A DNA stretch of 64,000 nt from a virus (Duplodnaviria; Caudoviricetes), in IMG/VR virus record IMGVR_UViG_3300010163_000009, positions 43,198 through 107,197 of that record. One strand, 5' to 3'. Below the pieces are notes generated by a model. The model saw nothing but the letters and a program-made list of their open reading frames with translations, was not told where the DNA came from and did not search any database. This document shows positions 37,427 through 47,511 of the stretch, piece after piece (position 1 is the first letter of the stretch; the number at the start of each line of letters is the position of its first letter). The translations under genes were made by a program, and so were the position numbers.

Positions 37427-39611
37427 ACGTGATGGCCGCAAAATGCCGTTTGACCATACACTTATCACTAAAGCAGTTCTTGCTGCCATGAAAGAAGTCG
37501 GCACAATTGACGAAGATTATGCAGTGAAAATCGCCAACAAGATTGCATCAAAATGTAAAAGTGAAATTTCCGTGGAGGAAATTCAAAATCTTGTGGAAGA
37601 GAGTTTGATGGCTTCTAAATATAAAGATGCGGCCCGTGCATACATCTGCTATCGCAATGAACGCAATAAAGCTCGTCATCGTGAAAGCGACCAAATTATT
37701 CTCAGTATCATTGCCGCTGAGAAGAACGACATTACTCGTGAAAACGCAAACATGAATGCCGATACACCAGCCGGTATGGTAATGAAAATTGCCAGTGAGA
37801 GAAGCAAAGAGTTGGTAGATGATTACCTTTTGTCGGAAGAAGCGAAGAAAGCAGCAGCCGATAACATTCTTCATATTCACGACAAGGATTATTTGCCTAC
37901 CAGAAGTTTGACTTGCATCCAGCATCCCGTAGATAAAATTCTTAGTGGAGGTTTTCAAGCTGGTCATGGAGAGTCACGTCCGGCAAAGCGTATTGAAACA
38001 GCCAGCATTTTGAGTTGTATTTCTATGGAGTCGGTTCAAAACGTTATGCACGGAGGTCAGGCTATTCCGGCATTTGATTTCTATATGGCACCCTATGTTC
38101 GCGTCACTTTCAAGGAAGAACTCAAAAAACTGGAAATGGTAAATGAGGTTGACTTATCCGAGGCATACGATGCACCTTACGACGATTTCATTATTAAGCC
38201 TTTGGATGGTATGAAATCATGGGAACGTATGGTACAACACGCCATGAACGAAACTGTTCGTCGTGTGCATCAGTCGATGGAAGCTTTCGTGCATAATTTA
38301 AATACAATTCATTCTCGTGGTGGGAATCAGGTTGTCTTCAGTTCGGTCAATTACGGTACAGATACGTCGGCAGAGGGTCGTTGTGTAATTCGTGAGCTTC
38401 TGCTTACTACCGAAAAAGGAATAGGTAATGGTTCTACTGCGATATTCCCGATTCAGATTTGGAAGAAAAAGCGCGGTGTAAGTTATTTACCGGGCGACCC
38501 GAACTATGACCTCTATAAACTCGCTTGCCGTGTTACCGCCAAGCGTTTCTTTCCGAACTTTGTGAATCTCGATGCACCATTTAATCAACATGAAAAATGG
38601 CGTGCCGATGATCCGAAACGATATATGTACGAGGTTGCCACAATGGGATGTCGTACTCGTGTGTTTGAGAACCGTCATGGTGAAAAAACTTCGGTGGGTC
38701 GTGGCAATCTTAGCTTTTCAACAATCAATCTTCCAGGCATTGCTCTTAGCGTTCAGCACATAGAAGATAAAAATGAGCGTACTATGGCTTTTTTTGAAAA
38801 GCTTATTGATGCTATGAATGTGGCAGCACGTCAATTGCTTGATCGGTATGAATTTCAGTGTACGGCTCAAGCCAAGCAGTTTCCATTGCTGATGCAGGGA
38901 TTGTGGATTGGCTCTGAAGCACTCGGTCCCAACGATGAAGTGAGAGCGGTACTTAAACATGGTACACTTGGAATCGGTTTTATTGGTCTTGCAGAATGTC
39001 TTGTGGCGCTTATCGGGCAGCATCACGGAGAAAGTGTTGCCGCACAGGAACTTGGTTTGAAAATAGTAGGCACTATGCGCAATTGTGTACAAGCGTTCTC
39101 TGACAACTACGATATGAACTTTTCAGTTCTTGCAACTCCAGCAGAAGGTCTTTCTGGAAAGTTCACAAAGAAAGACAGACAGCAATATGGTATTATTCCG
39201 GGTGTAACCGATAGGGATTACTATACCAATTCTAACCATGTTCCGGTGTATTACAAATGCAGTGCTTCTCACAAAGCTCGGATAGAAGCTCCTTACCATG
39301 AAATGACTCGTGGCGGACATATATTCTATGTGGAACTGGATGGCGATGCTACACACAATGTAGAAGCTGTGATGAACGTGGTGGATTTGATGGACCAATT
39401 CAATATAGGATATTGCTCTATCAACCACACTCGCAATCGTTGTCTTGATTGTGGCTATGAAGATGCTCAAAAAGAACTTCTTACATGCCCAAATTGCGGA
39501 AGTGAGAATATAGACACTCTCCAGCGTATCACCGGCTATCTTGTAGGAACTACAGACCGTTGGAACTCCGCTAAACTTGCAGAGCTAAAAGACAGGAAAA
39601 CGCATGAGTAA
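37410..39611 (+). CDS. nrdD: Anaerobic (class III) ribonucleoside-triphosphate reductase
   Basis: Start moved to the MKTVIKRDG ATP cone; MGCRT, YYTNS, CxxC...CxxC and RITGY glycyl-radical loop. Confidence 0.97.
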   Translation: MKTVIKRDGRKMPFDHTLITKAVLAAMKEVGTIDEDYAVKIANKIASKCKSEISVEEIQNLVEESLMASKYKDAARAYICYRNERNKARHRESDQIILSIIAAEKNDITRENANMNADTPAGMVMKIASERSKELVDDYLLSEEAKKAAADNILHIHDKDYLPTRSLTCIQHPVDKILSGGFQAGHGESRPAKRIETASILSCISMESVQNVMHGGQAIPAFDFYMAPYVRVTFKEELKKLEMVNEVDLSEAYDAPYDDFIIKPLDGMKSWERMVQHAMNETVRRVHQSMEAFVHNLNTIHSRGGNQVVFSSVNYGTDTSAEGRCVIRELLLTTEKGIGNGSTAIFPIQIWKKKRGVSYLPGDPNYDLYKLACRVTAKRFFPNFVNLDAPFNQHEKWRADDPKRYMYEVATMGCRTRVFENRHGEKTSVGRGNLSFSTINLPGIALSVQHIEDKNERTMAFFEKLIDAMNVAARQLLDRYEFQCTAQAKQFPLLMQGLWIGSEALGPNDEVRAVLKHGTLGIGFIGLAECLVALIGQHHGESVAAQELGLKIVGTMRNCVQAFSDNYDMNFSVLATPAEGLSGKFTKKDRQQYGIIPGVTDRDYYTNSNHVPVYYKCSASHKARIEAPYHEMTRGGHIFYVELDGDATHNVEAVMNVVDLMDQFNIGYCSINHTRNRCLDCGYEDAQKELLTCPNCGSENIDTLQRITGYLVGTTDRWNSAKLAELKDRKTHE

Positions 39612-40098
39612 TTATTTATATGTAGCAAAAATTGTCAGCTCAACCTCTGTCGATGGGGTTGGGCTGCGAAATTCGCTTTATGTATCCGGGTGTAATCTTC
39701 ATTGCCCCGGATGTCATAATAAGGAATGGTGGCCATTAAAATCTGGGAGAAAAATGACAGTTGAAGAGGTCTATGCAGCTCTTAATACTGACAACTTCAA
39801 TATTTCAATTCTCGGAGGCGAGCCTCTTATGCAATACCCGGCAATTCTTGAACTTTGCCAGCTTATTAAAGAACGCACCGGCAAAACCATTTGGTTGTGG
39901 ACCGGATATGAAATAATACAAGTTCAGGATTCATTTGGAGACCTGATAAATTATGTGGATGTCATAGTTGATGGGGCGTTTAAAGAGGACTTGCGCGACA
40001 CCAGTCTGTCTTTTAGAGGGTCCAAAAATCAGCGGATATATGAGATAGTACATAATCCGGAGATTTGCGTTACTGATATATCTGATATGTTTGTGTAG
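39604..40098 (+). CDS. nrdG: NrdD-activating radical SAM enzyme
   Basis: VDGVGLR, CNLHCPGC, GGEP, and VDG.F...FRGS.NQR motifs. Confidence 0.96.
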   Translation: MSNYLYVAKIVSSTSVDGVGLRNSLYVSGCNLHCPGCHNKEWWPLKSGRKMTVEEVYAALNTDNFNISILGGEPLMQYPAILELCQLIKERTGKTIWLWTGYEIIQVQDSFGDLINYVDVIVDGAFKEDLRDTSLSFRGSKNQRIYEIVHNPEICVTDISDMFV

Positions 40099-40218
40099 TG
40101 CAAAATATAACATTTTTAAAAATAATCTTTTTGATATATTTGAAAATAATAATAACTTGATTTACAGTAATATTATCAATTTTATTTTTAACTGCTTGAA
40201 AATTTTTATTCAAATGTT

Positions 40219-40250
40219 TTTGTTAAGTTTAAAATTTGTCTTAATTTTGC
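40219..40250 (+). promoter_or_regulatory. Bacteroidota sigma-A consensus promoter for the replication operon
   Basis: TTTG 40219-40222, 19-nt spacer, TAATTTTG 40242-40249, inside an AT-rich intergenic region. Confidence 0.8.
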
Positions 40251-40281
40251 ATCGTAACCAATAATAACGAATGAATATGAC

Positions 40282-40755
40282 ATGATTAGAAGTAAGGGTA
40301 TAGTCGAAGTCCATGAGGGCTATGCCGACATCAGCGAGCTTAAAGAGGCTGTGGACATTCTACCGGATGGAGAATACGGTTATCTCCTTTTCGATAAGAA
40401 CAAAAACCGCTCGCTACCTCAGTTGAAGTTTCTTTTCGGGTATCTGTTGAAAACCTTGAGCGAAGAGCTGGAGGGCAACCCGGATCCAGAAGCATTATAC
40501 AGTTATTTTGAAGAGCTTTACGCACCACTTCATCGCTGTAAAATCCCAGGAGAGGCAAATGTATTTGAATACTTTGACCTCAAAAATGAACCAGCAACTG
40601 AGATGGATTATGTTATCAACAAGATTATCCATCATGCCAAGACAGAATGGGGCATTGACCTGTTGACCCGTGAGGGAATAAAAGCCGCAGAAGCAGCGGA
40701 ACTTTACGCAGGAGCCTATGCTGATACTTGGAAGAATTATCAAAGAAAAGTCTAA
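40282..40755 (+). CDS. Putative NinB/Orf-like recombination protein
   Basis: RSLPQLKFLFG resembles the NinB RS..Q motif; precedes SSB. Confidence 0.45.
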   Translation: MIRSKGIVEVHEGYADISELKEAVDILPDGEYGYLLFDKNKNRSLPQLKFLFGYLLKTLSEELEGNPDPEALYSYFEELYAPLHRCKIPGEANVFEYFDLKNEPATEMDYVINKIIHHAKTEWGIDLLTREGIKAAEAAELYAGAYADTWKNYQRKV

Positions 40756-40769
40756 ACGACAATTCTCTT

Positions 40770-42170
40770 ATGATGGAACAAGAAAAATCACGTTCACTCT
40801 TTGACGTGTTTGCGGCTTCCCAAGAAACATTTGAAGACGCAAAGAAAAAGAGCAGTGAAGAGAGCAGTAAACGCGCCTCATTTTTCCGTTTTGCCAAGGA
40901 CGGCACTTATGCTATTCGTATTCTTCCTCTTGCCCCCGTTCAGGACAAGGAAGGGAATTTCCTTCCATTGGAGCGTAAAGGTTATGAATATCCTCTTCGA
41001 TCTCTAATGCTTAAAATCGAGAACGATAAAAAGCTTGTCAAGGGTAAACCTTCTATTACCTATGTTACAGTTTGTAACGCTAAGTATGCTTTTAAGGATA
41101 TTGACGCAGACCTAATTGACACATACGTTTCGGTCGCTTGCGAAAAGTATGTCGATGATGACAAACTTTGTAAGAAATTGCGTGAAGGAAGCTTCTCTGG
41201 TGGTTTGAAATGGGATTCTCGCCGTTGTATGTACATCATTGACCTTGACAATCCCGGTGACGGCATTCAAATCCTCCAGCTTTCTTATTCACAATATAAA
41301 GATTTGGAAGAGCGTAAGCTGAATCTGTGGGGCAAACTTAACAAAAACGGCAAAAATGTACCGTGCCCTATTTCGTCAATCGATTCTGCATATCCGGTAG
41401 AAATCACACGCAAAACAGAAAATGGGAAAGCCGCATATAGCTTTAACATTGACACAGTATCAGACAAAGACATTTTGGATGAGACAGTGCTCCAACGTCT
41501 CCTTGATATGCCTCGTTTGCCTGAACAAATATACCGTTACACCCGCTATCATTTAGAAGCTACTATCGCTTACCTCACTCAGCTTGATGAAAAGTTTGAT
41601 ATTGATGTGGTGAATGAAGAAGAAATTCAGAATTGTATCACACAAATCAAGACTTTGTTGCCAGCCGATGACCAATCTCACTTTACTCTTAGTGAAGGCA
41701 AAGACGATGGAGATGATGAAGGTTCTACAAATGACATTGACTCGCTTTGGGAGCGTTATGATGCACTTTGTAAAGAAGACCTTGATGATCAGACCGCAGA
41801 GGGACAAGAACTCCGCACGGCTATTATGGCTTATATTGAAGCTAATGACCTGAACGTTAAGGTTACTCGTAAGAAGACTAACGAGGACATCCTTAATGAG
41901 ATTGAGGACGAGCTTGCTAATGCCGATAATAAGAGCGAAGACGACGAGGAAGAAGAACCGGAACAGGTTCCTGCCCCTAAACGTCGTTCTATCCCTGTTG
42001 AAGAAGAAGAGGATGATGCAGAACCGACACAGCCTGAAGATGATGAAGAAGCTGCTGCGCCAGAGCCAGAACGTCCTGCACGCTCACGCCGTGAACACAA
42101 TGATGACACAAATGAACCGGCTGCACGTGCAAGTCGTCGTGGAACCCGTCCACCTCGCCGCCGTGATTAA
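40770..42170 (+). CDS. Single-stranded DNA-binding protein (T4 gp32-like) with long acidic tail
   Basis: Start moved to MMEQEK; FFRF..G...IRILP motif; very acidic C-terminus. Confidence 0.7.
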   Translation: MMEQEKSRSLFDVFAASQETFEDAKKKSSEESSKRASFFRFAKDGTYAIRILPLAPVQDKEGNFLPLERKGYEYPLRSLMLKIENDKKLVKGKPSITYVTVCNAKYAFKDIDADLIDTYVSVACEKYVDDDKLCKKLREGSFSGGLKWDSRRCMYIIDLDNPGDGIQILQLSYSQYKDLEERKLNLWGKLNKNGKNVPCPISSIDSAYPVEITRKTENGKAAYSFNIDTVSDKDILDETVLQRLLDMPRLPEQIYRYTRYHLEATIAYLTQLDEKFDIDVVNEEEIQNCITQIKTLLPADDQSHFTLSEGKDDGDDEGSTNDIDSLWERYDALCKEDLDDQTAEGQELRTAIMAYIEANDLNVKVTRKKTNEDILNEIEDELANADNKSEDDEEEEPEQVPAPKRRSIPVEEEEDDAEPTQPEDDEEAAAPEPERPARSRREHNDDTNEPAARASRRGTRPPRRRD

Positions 42171-42189
42171 ATAACAACGCACTCTAACC

Positions 42190-42225
42190 GAAATGCTCGT
42201 CCATACTTAATTGGATGAGCATTTC
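42190..42225 (+). terminator. Hairpin after SSB gene
   Basis: GAAATGCTCGTCCA / TGGATGAGCATTTC stem (one G-U pair); weak T-tail. Confidence 0.55.
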
Positions 42226-42244
42226 TCCTAAAGCATTATTGATT

Positions 42245-43285
42245 ATGTCAAAGATATTTCCATGTGCGTTGTTGATTAACGACATTCACGCCAGCAAAGA
42301 TAATATTTCCGAGTTCCGTAAGAATTGGGACGAAGCACTTGAACTATGCAAGCAGAACGAAGTACAGTATCTGATTGTAGGAGGCGATATGTGGCTTTCA
42401 CGAAGCTCTCAAACTTTGGATGTCCTTATGGCAGTCCGTTGGGCTATCTTGAAAGCTACTAAACAATACGGACTTTATGTGATTATCGCTGAAGGCAATC
42501 ATTGTAAGGTCAATCTTGAAAACATAGAGGGTTACAGCCATGTGTTTTCTGATTATGAAAACGTAGAAGTCGTTAATGATTTCACAGAGATTGTTCTTTC
42601 AGATGAAGTATCATTATGGGTAATGAGTTATTTCCCTGAAAACGGTTCGTTCATCAATAAACTGGACGCTATTAAACAAGAATATAGCACCAAGAAGAAT
42701 GTGCTATATATTCACGAAGGAATCCGTGGTGGCTTAGCTACTCCCAGTGATGATGAATTACCCGCCAATATCTTTAATGGATTCAATTCCGTATTGGTTG
42801 GACATTACCATAATCGTAAACAAATTCATGGTACAATAATAGAATATATCGGTTCTTCTCGCCAGCACAATTTTGGTGAAGATGAGGAGAAAGGTTATAC
42901 TATACTTTATTCAGATGGTTCTACTAAGTTTATCAAGAACGAGGTGAACCTGCGATACAAGGTCATCGAGGTAGATGTTGCAGACATGGATGACGATTTT
43001 ATGAATATGCTGGCTGAAATTAAAACCGATAGCCGCTATAAAGTCAAGGTTCGTGTTAAATGCGATTCTTCCCAGTCTTCCGCTATCAACAAACAGAAAC
43101 TTGCCGAAACCGGAGCTAACAAAATTGAGCTTGTCACAGAGCAAACAGAAGTGATGCGCACAGACCATCAGAGCATTACCCAGAAGTTTGACAAGTCAGG
43201 CATTAAGGAAGAGTACACTAACTTCTGTACTCAGAAATCCATCGATAATCAGCTTGGTCTCCACTATCTTGAAAAACTTAATTAA
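42245..43285 (+). CDS. sbcD: SbcD/Mre11-like metallophosphoesterase nuclease
   Basis: NDIH, GGD, GNH, GHYH and YIGS motifs; start moved to MSKIFP. Confidence 0.9.
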   Translation: MSKIFPCALLINDIHASKDNISEFRKNWDEALELCKQNEVQYLIVGGDMWLSRSSQTLDVLMAVRWAILKATKQYGLYVIIAEGNHCKVNLENIEGYSHVFSDYENVEVVNDFTEIVLSDEVSLWVMSYFPENGSFINKLDAIKQEYSTKKNVLYIHEGIRGGLATPSDDELPANIFNGFNSVLVGHYHNRKQIHGTIIEYIGSSRQHNFGEDEEKGYTILYSDGSTKFIKNEVNLRYKVIEVDVADMDDDFMNMLAEIKTDSRYKVKVRVKCDSSQSSAINKQKLAETGANKIELVTEQTEVMRTDHQSITQKFDKSGIKEEYTNFCTQKSIDNQLGLHYLEKLN

Positions 43286-43287
43286 GT

Positions 43288-45624
43288 ATGTGGCATCTTA
43301 AATCCATTCACGCTAAAAACCTTTGCTCGTTCCTTGAATTGGATTATTCCCCCAAGCAGGGAGCGGCAACCCTCATATTTGGCAATAACCTTGATAGCGA
43401 TTCCCAGAACTCAAATGGCTCCGGGAAATCCGCATTGATAGAGGCTATTGCAATAGGACTTACCGGAGAACCGCTTCGTAAAGTCAATGTCGATGAAATT
43501 ATCAATGACATGAAAGACGAGGCGATAATCAATATTATCCTAACCAATGATGTCTTGGGAGAACGAATGACTATTAATCGCCGTTTGTCTCGTAAACAAC
43601 CTCAGCAAATTAATATTATAAAGCAGTCTGGTCCATACGATACCGATACTGAGGACATCATTCAAGCTACGGTTGCGGATTATAACAAGTATATTCTCGA
43701 ACAAATAGGTTTGTCTAAGGAGGACATCTTCGGCAATTTTATACTAACTGCTCGCAAATACAAGTCTTTTCTTTCCAGCTCAGACAAAGAGAAAAAAGAG
43801 ATTATCAATCGTTTCAGCAATGGTATTATGGTGGATCAGTCCATCGAAGAACTCCATGCAGATATAGAGCCTATTGAAGCTGAGATGAAAGAAGCAGAAA
43901 AAGAGGTAGCTACATGCACCGGTCGTGTAGAAGCGCTTGGTGCTGAAATCGAGAAAGCTATCAATGAGTCCGCAGAACGCAGAGCAACCAATGAAACTCG
44001 CATAAAGAACTGGGAGGATTTGATTGCTCGGAAACGTTCTGACATCCGTATGGCCAATGACAATATCGAAAAGATAGATGATAGTCTTGGTAGTCTGGAT
44101 GAACTTGATGTCGAAATGCAGAAACTTGAAAAGTGTGACAAAGATGTCAACGAAACGCTCAACGTTATTATAGAGCGGTTCAATGCCAATGGTCTTGCTC
44201 TTACTACGGATTATGCACACGAGATGACTGTTCTTGGTACTCAGCTTGATTCTGTTTCTCAAAATGCAAAAGAAGTGGCGGATAAAGTAAAGGAACTATA
44301 TGAATCATTAGAGAAAGCTGAAGATGAGTACACACAAACTTGCGCCACGCTTAAATTCAAATTGGAGAAAAATGAAGCCAATCGCGCAGAGTGTGCCGAT
44401 CGTTTGGAAAAACTTGCTAAGGCAGTAACACGTCTTCAGAACAAAGCCGATTCATTGAATAATGATGAACGTGCAAAAAAACGTGAGGCGGCATCTCTTG
44501 AAAATCAACTTGCCGGTGTCATCCAGTGTCCGAAATGCAAGCATGAGTTTACCCTTAATGCGCAATTGGACATTGAATCCGCACGTAAAAGTTTGGAATC
44601 CGTAAAAAATGCGATTGTTCAAATAGGAAATGATATTATATCTAATAATAAGGAGTATAGTAAAACAGTTTTAGACGGTAAGAACCAGCGTGAGATAGCA
44701 ATATCGCTTGAAAACGAGCGTCGCCAAATTGCACAGGATTCCGATAATGCAGAAAAAATCATAAAAGAATCCCGGCAGACTTATGCGCAATATGAAGAAA
44801 AAGTAGAAGAGGCTAACTCCAAACTTCTCTTGATTCAAGACAAACTTTCTAAAATCCGTAAGCGTATTTTCGATGAGGTATTTGAGATTATAGATGGTGC
44901 ATATAAGCGTCGTGAGAATCAGATAAAATCTTTGGAAGAAGATATAAATACGATGAAAGGTTCCATTGCATCTTACGAAAAGGCAATAGAGGATGCCAAA
45001 AACGCTTCTGAGGAGGATATGCTTGCTTCTTTGAGAAAGAGCCAAACTGAATATCAGAAAGCATTACAAGAAGCTGTAGAAGCAAAGAATGAGGTTGAAA
45101 GCAGACTGAATGAGCTTAAAGCTCAGGAGTTATATTTCATTGAGTTTAAGACATACCTTGCGAATACAAAAATCAATGCCATATCACAGATAACTAATGA
45201 GTTTTTAGAGACTATTGGTAGTGATATACGCGTTGCACTTTCCGGATATACTATTTTGAAATCTGGAAAAGTACGTGATAAAATTTCTGTCTCACTGCTT
45301 AGAGACGGGGTTGATTGCGGTTCATTCGAGAAGTTTTCAGCAGGAGAACGTGTGCGAGTTGAACTTGCAAGCATATTGAGTATGAATCAATTGACGAATC
45401 TGAATTGCGAAGATGGGAAAGGTCTTGACCTTCTTATCGCGGATGAGGTTCTTGACAGCGCTGATGAGCAAGGTCTTGCCAGCGTCTTCAAGGCACTAAA
45501 CCAAACGCAAATCACTTCATTAGTGGTTAGTCACGGCCAAGTGCATGAGGGCTATCCCAACAAAATTACTGTAACAAAAAGTAATGGGATTTCCTCAATT
45601 TATGAAACAGCAGACAACAACTGA
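43288..45624 (+). CDS. sbcC: SbcC/Rad50-like ATPase
   Basis: NGSGKS Walker A, coiled coil with CPKC zinc hook, FSAGE signature, LIADE Walker B. Confidence 0.92.
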   Translation: MWHLKSIHAKNLCSFLELDYSPKQGAATLIFGNNLDSDSQNSNGSGKSALIEAIAIGLTGEPLRKVNVDEIINDMKDEAIINIILTNDVLGERMTINRRLSRKQPQQINIIKQSGPYDTDTEDIIQATVADYNKYILEQIGLSKEDIFGNFILTARKYKSFLSSSDKEKKEIINRFSNGIMVDQSIEELHADIEPIEAEMKEAEKEVATCTGRVEALGAEIEKAINESAERRATNETRIKNWEDLIARKRSDIRMANDNIEKIDDSLGSLDELDVEMQKLEKCDKDVNETLNVIIERFNANGLALTTDYAHEMTVLGTQLDSVSQNAKEVADKVKELYESLEKAEDEYTQTCATLKFKLEKNEANRAECADRLEKLAKAVTRLQNKADSLNNDERAKKREAASLENQLAGVIQCPKCKHEFTLNAQLDIESARKSLESVKNAIVQIGNDIISNNKEYSKTVLDGKNQREIAISLENERRQIAQDSDNAEKIIKESRQTYAQYEEKVEEANSKLLLIQDKLSKIRKRIFDEVFEIIDGAYKRRENQIKSLEEDINTMKGSIASYEKAIEDAKNASEEDMLASLRKSQTEYQKALQEAVEAKNEVESRLNELKAQELYFIEFKTYLANTKINAISQITNEFLETIGSDIRVALSGYTILKSGKVRDKISVSLLRDGVDCGSFEKFSAGERVRVELASILSMNQLTNLNCEDGKGLDLLIADEVLDSADEQGLASVFKALNQTQITSLVVSHGQVHEGYPNKITVTKSNGISSIYETADNN

Positions 45625-46084
45625 AAAACTTACCCGGAACGAAGTGGCCGCACTTGACATCGCTACGCATACAGGCTTCTTTTGCTTAAACGAACGTGGT
45701 ACATGGGATTTTACTGAGTCCATGCGCCGGAACAACAATAAACAACACAAGGCGTTCCGCGACACGTTGATTGATTTCATCCAACGTAATGGTATAAAGC
45801 AAATAGTGGCTGAAGATGTTAGTGTGAATAATCATTTCACTGACACACGCAAACTTTCAGAGTTCCGTGGAATACTATTCGAGGTGTGCGACACTCTCGA
45901 TCTCCCTGAACCTCATTTCATCAATCCGGCTTCACTTAAAAAGTTCGCTACAGGAGATGGGAAGGCTACAAAGGAGAAAATGATTGAGTTTTGTAAACTC
46001 AGATGGCAAATTGAGCCCGGCGATGATAATGAGGCCGACGCGATTCACATATTCTTCTGTTATATCAAGCGTTTCAACCTCTAA
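45602..46084 (+). CDS. RuvC-like Holliday junction resolvase
   Basis: ALDIATHTG, AED, KKFATGDGKATK and DDNEADA motifs. Confidence 0.85.
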   Translation: MKQQTTTEKLTRNEVAALDIATHTGFFCLNERGTWDFTESMRRNNNKQHKAFRDTLIDFIQRNGIKQIVAEDVSVNNHFTDTRKLSEFRGILFEVCDTLDLPEPHFINPASLKKFATGDGKATKEKMIEFCKLRWQIEPGDDNEADAIHIFFCYIKRFNL

Positions 46085-46086
46085 TC

Positions 46087-46356
46087 ATGCAAAAGTTGAA
46101 TTACAATGATAGATTAAAAAAGGAAGGCAAAAAGCATAAAAAGGTTCTTGATAAGCATCTCAAAGATTTCTTTCAGTTACTTGATTCAAAGCCAAAGCCT
46201 ACCAATGAAAAAGTTCGAGCTGAGTTCATAAGACATGAGGCAGAATGGCGCTTGTATAGTGTCACGCACGGTCTTGGGACACGTATAGCAGATTTGTTTA
46301 ACGCTAACGTGTCACTCGAATGGGAACGAAAGTACACCTTACCGAGCAAAAAGTAG
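46087..46356 (+). CDS. Hypothetical protein
   Basis: 89-aa ORF coupled within the operon. Confidence 0.55.
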   Translation: MQKLNYNDRLKKEGKKHKKVLDKHLKDFFQLLDSKPKPTNEKVRAEFIRHEAEWRLYSVTHGLGTRIADLFNANVSLEWERKYTLPSKK

Positions 46357-46970
46357 ATGTCGATTGCCTTCCAGAAGTCATAGCCCGCAGAACAGCTCTC
46401 TTCAATAAATACATTCGTCCTTTCTCCAATATGATATTCAAGTTATGCAAGGATTACAGTTGGAGACCTCAGAATGTTGAAGAGAACTATTCTGAGGTTA
46501 TGGTAAACTTCTATCGCAGAATAGAGACCTACGATACAAATCGGCCAATAAAAGCATGGATTCATACTTGTGTTAAACATCAGGTTTGGGCGTGCGAGCG
46601 TCAACGTCAAGCTCATAATAACAAGAGCGATGACCTTGACATCGAGGATTATAAAGACGACATATTGGACGATGAACACGTAAGTGGGAATGTATTAGGC
46701 ATAGACAACTGGCGGGAGCATTATAATTCCGACATCATAGAGGTTCTTGAGGAGTTGAAACCGCGCCACCGTGACGCACTTATACTCCAAGAAGCTGGGT
46801 ATTCGCTTAAAGAAATTGCGGAAATTGAATATGCTAAAGGGTCGTTAAAAACGCCAAATATAGAAACGATTAAAAGCCGGCTAAGGTTGGCAAGACAACA
46901 TCTAAAAAACAATATCACTAAAGATGGTCAACGAATATCTTATAAAACAGACATTGAAGATGTTCCATGA
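46320..46970 (+). CDS. Phage sigma-70-family (ECF-like) RNA polymerase sigma factor
   Basis: Region 2 (EENYSEV..NFYR.IETYD..RPIKAWI) and region 4 HTH (L.PRHRDALIL...GYSLKEIAEI...TIKSRLRLAR..L). Confidence 0.88.
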   Translation: MGTKVHLTEQKVDVDCLPEVIARRTALFNKYIRPFSNMIFKLCKDYSWRPQNVEENYSEVMVNFYRRIETYDTNRPIKAWIHTCVKHQVWACERQRQAHNNKSDDLDIEDYKDDILDDEHVSGNVLGIDNWREHYNSDIIEVLEELKPRHRDALILQEAGYSLKEIAEIEYAKGSLKTPNIETIKSRLRLARQHLKNNITKDGQRISYKTDIEDVP

Positions 46971-47511
46971 GATTGCAATCAAACTCATACATCCAGGCTA
47001 TCGATTTCCACAAGGAGGGGAACCGACAAGAATCATGCGTACAGCCCTTCAGAGAATAGAGAAAAAACATGGTGTGCTTACCGCACAAAGAATAATTGAT
47101 TATGTGGTATGCTCGTCCTATGCTTTCAAAGACAGAGGCTCTAATTGGAAATTGAATCAAGTGTTTGGTCCCAAATCTATTGAACGTTTCAATTCAGACA
47201 AAGGCAGGGTATATTTTGAAAATAAATGGCTGGAGTCTGAAGGGCTCAGTCGTTCATCATTGCTCAATATGATTATTGACCGCAGTGAACACCCAAAAGC
47301 AAAGTTCATTTTCATCCCCAGTGAAGAAGGTACAAAACAACGGCTTCTTAATAGAAATGTAGGATTTGTCGTGTGCCAGACATCTACCCTTGGGTGGTCT
47401 CCATTGTCAACAGCATGTTCAGAGTGCGTATTCGTGGAAAAATGTAAAACAGAAACTCAAAAAAAATATCCGGAAATATTCCGATTAAGAATAGAATATG
47501 TCAGCAAGTAA
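46924..47511 (+). CDS. Hypothetical replication-associated protein (Cys cluster near C-terminus)
   Basis: 195 aa just before the helicase; CSEC..C motif. Confidence 0.55.
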   Translation: MVNEYLIKQTLKMFHEIAIKLIHPGYRFPQGGEPTRIMRTALQRIEKKHGVLTAQRIIDYVVCSSYAFKDRGSNWKLNQVFGPKSIERFNSDKGRVYFENKWLESEGLSRSSLLNMIIDRSEHPKAKFIFIPSEEGTKQRLLNRNVGFVVCQTSTLGWSPLSTACSECVFVEKCKTETQKKYPEIFRLRIEYVSK

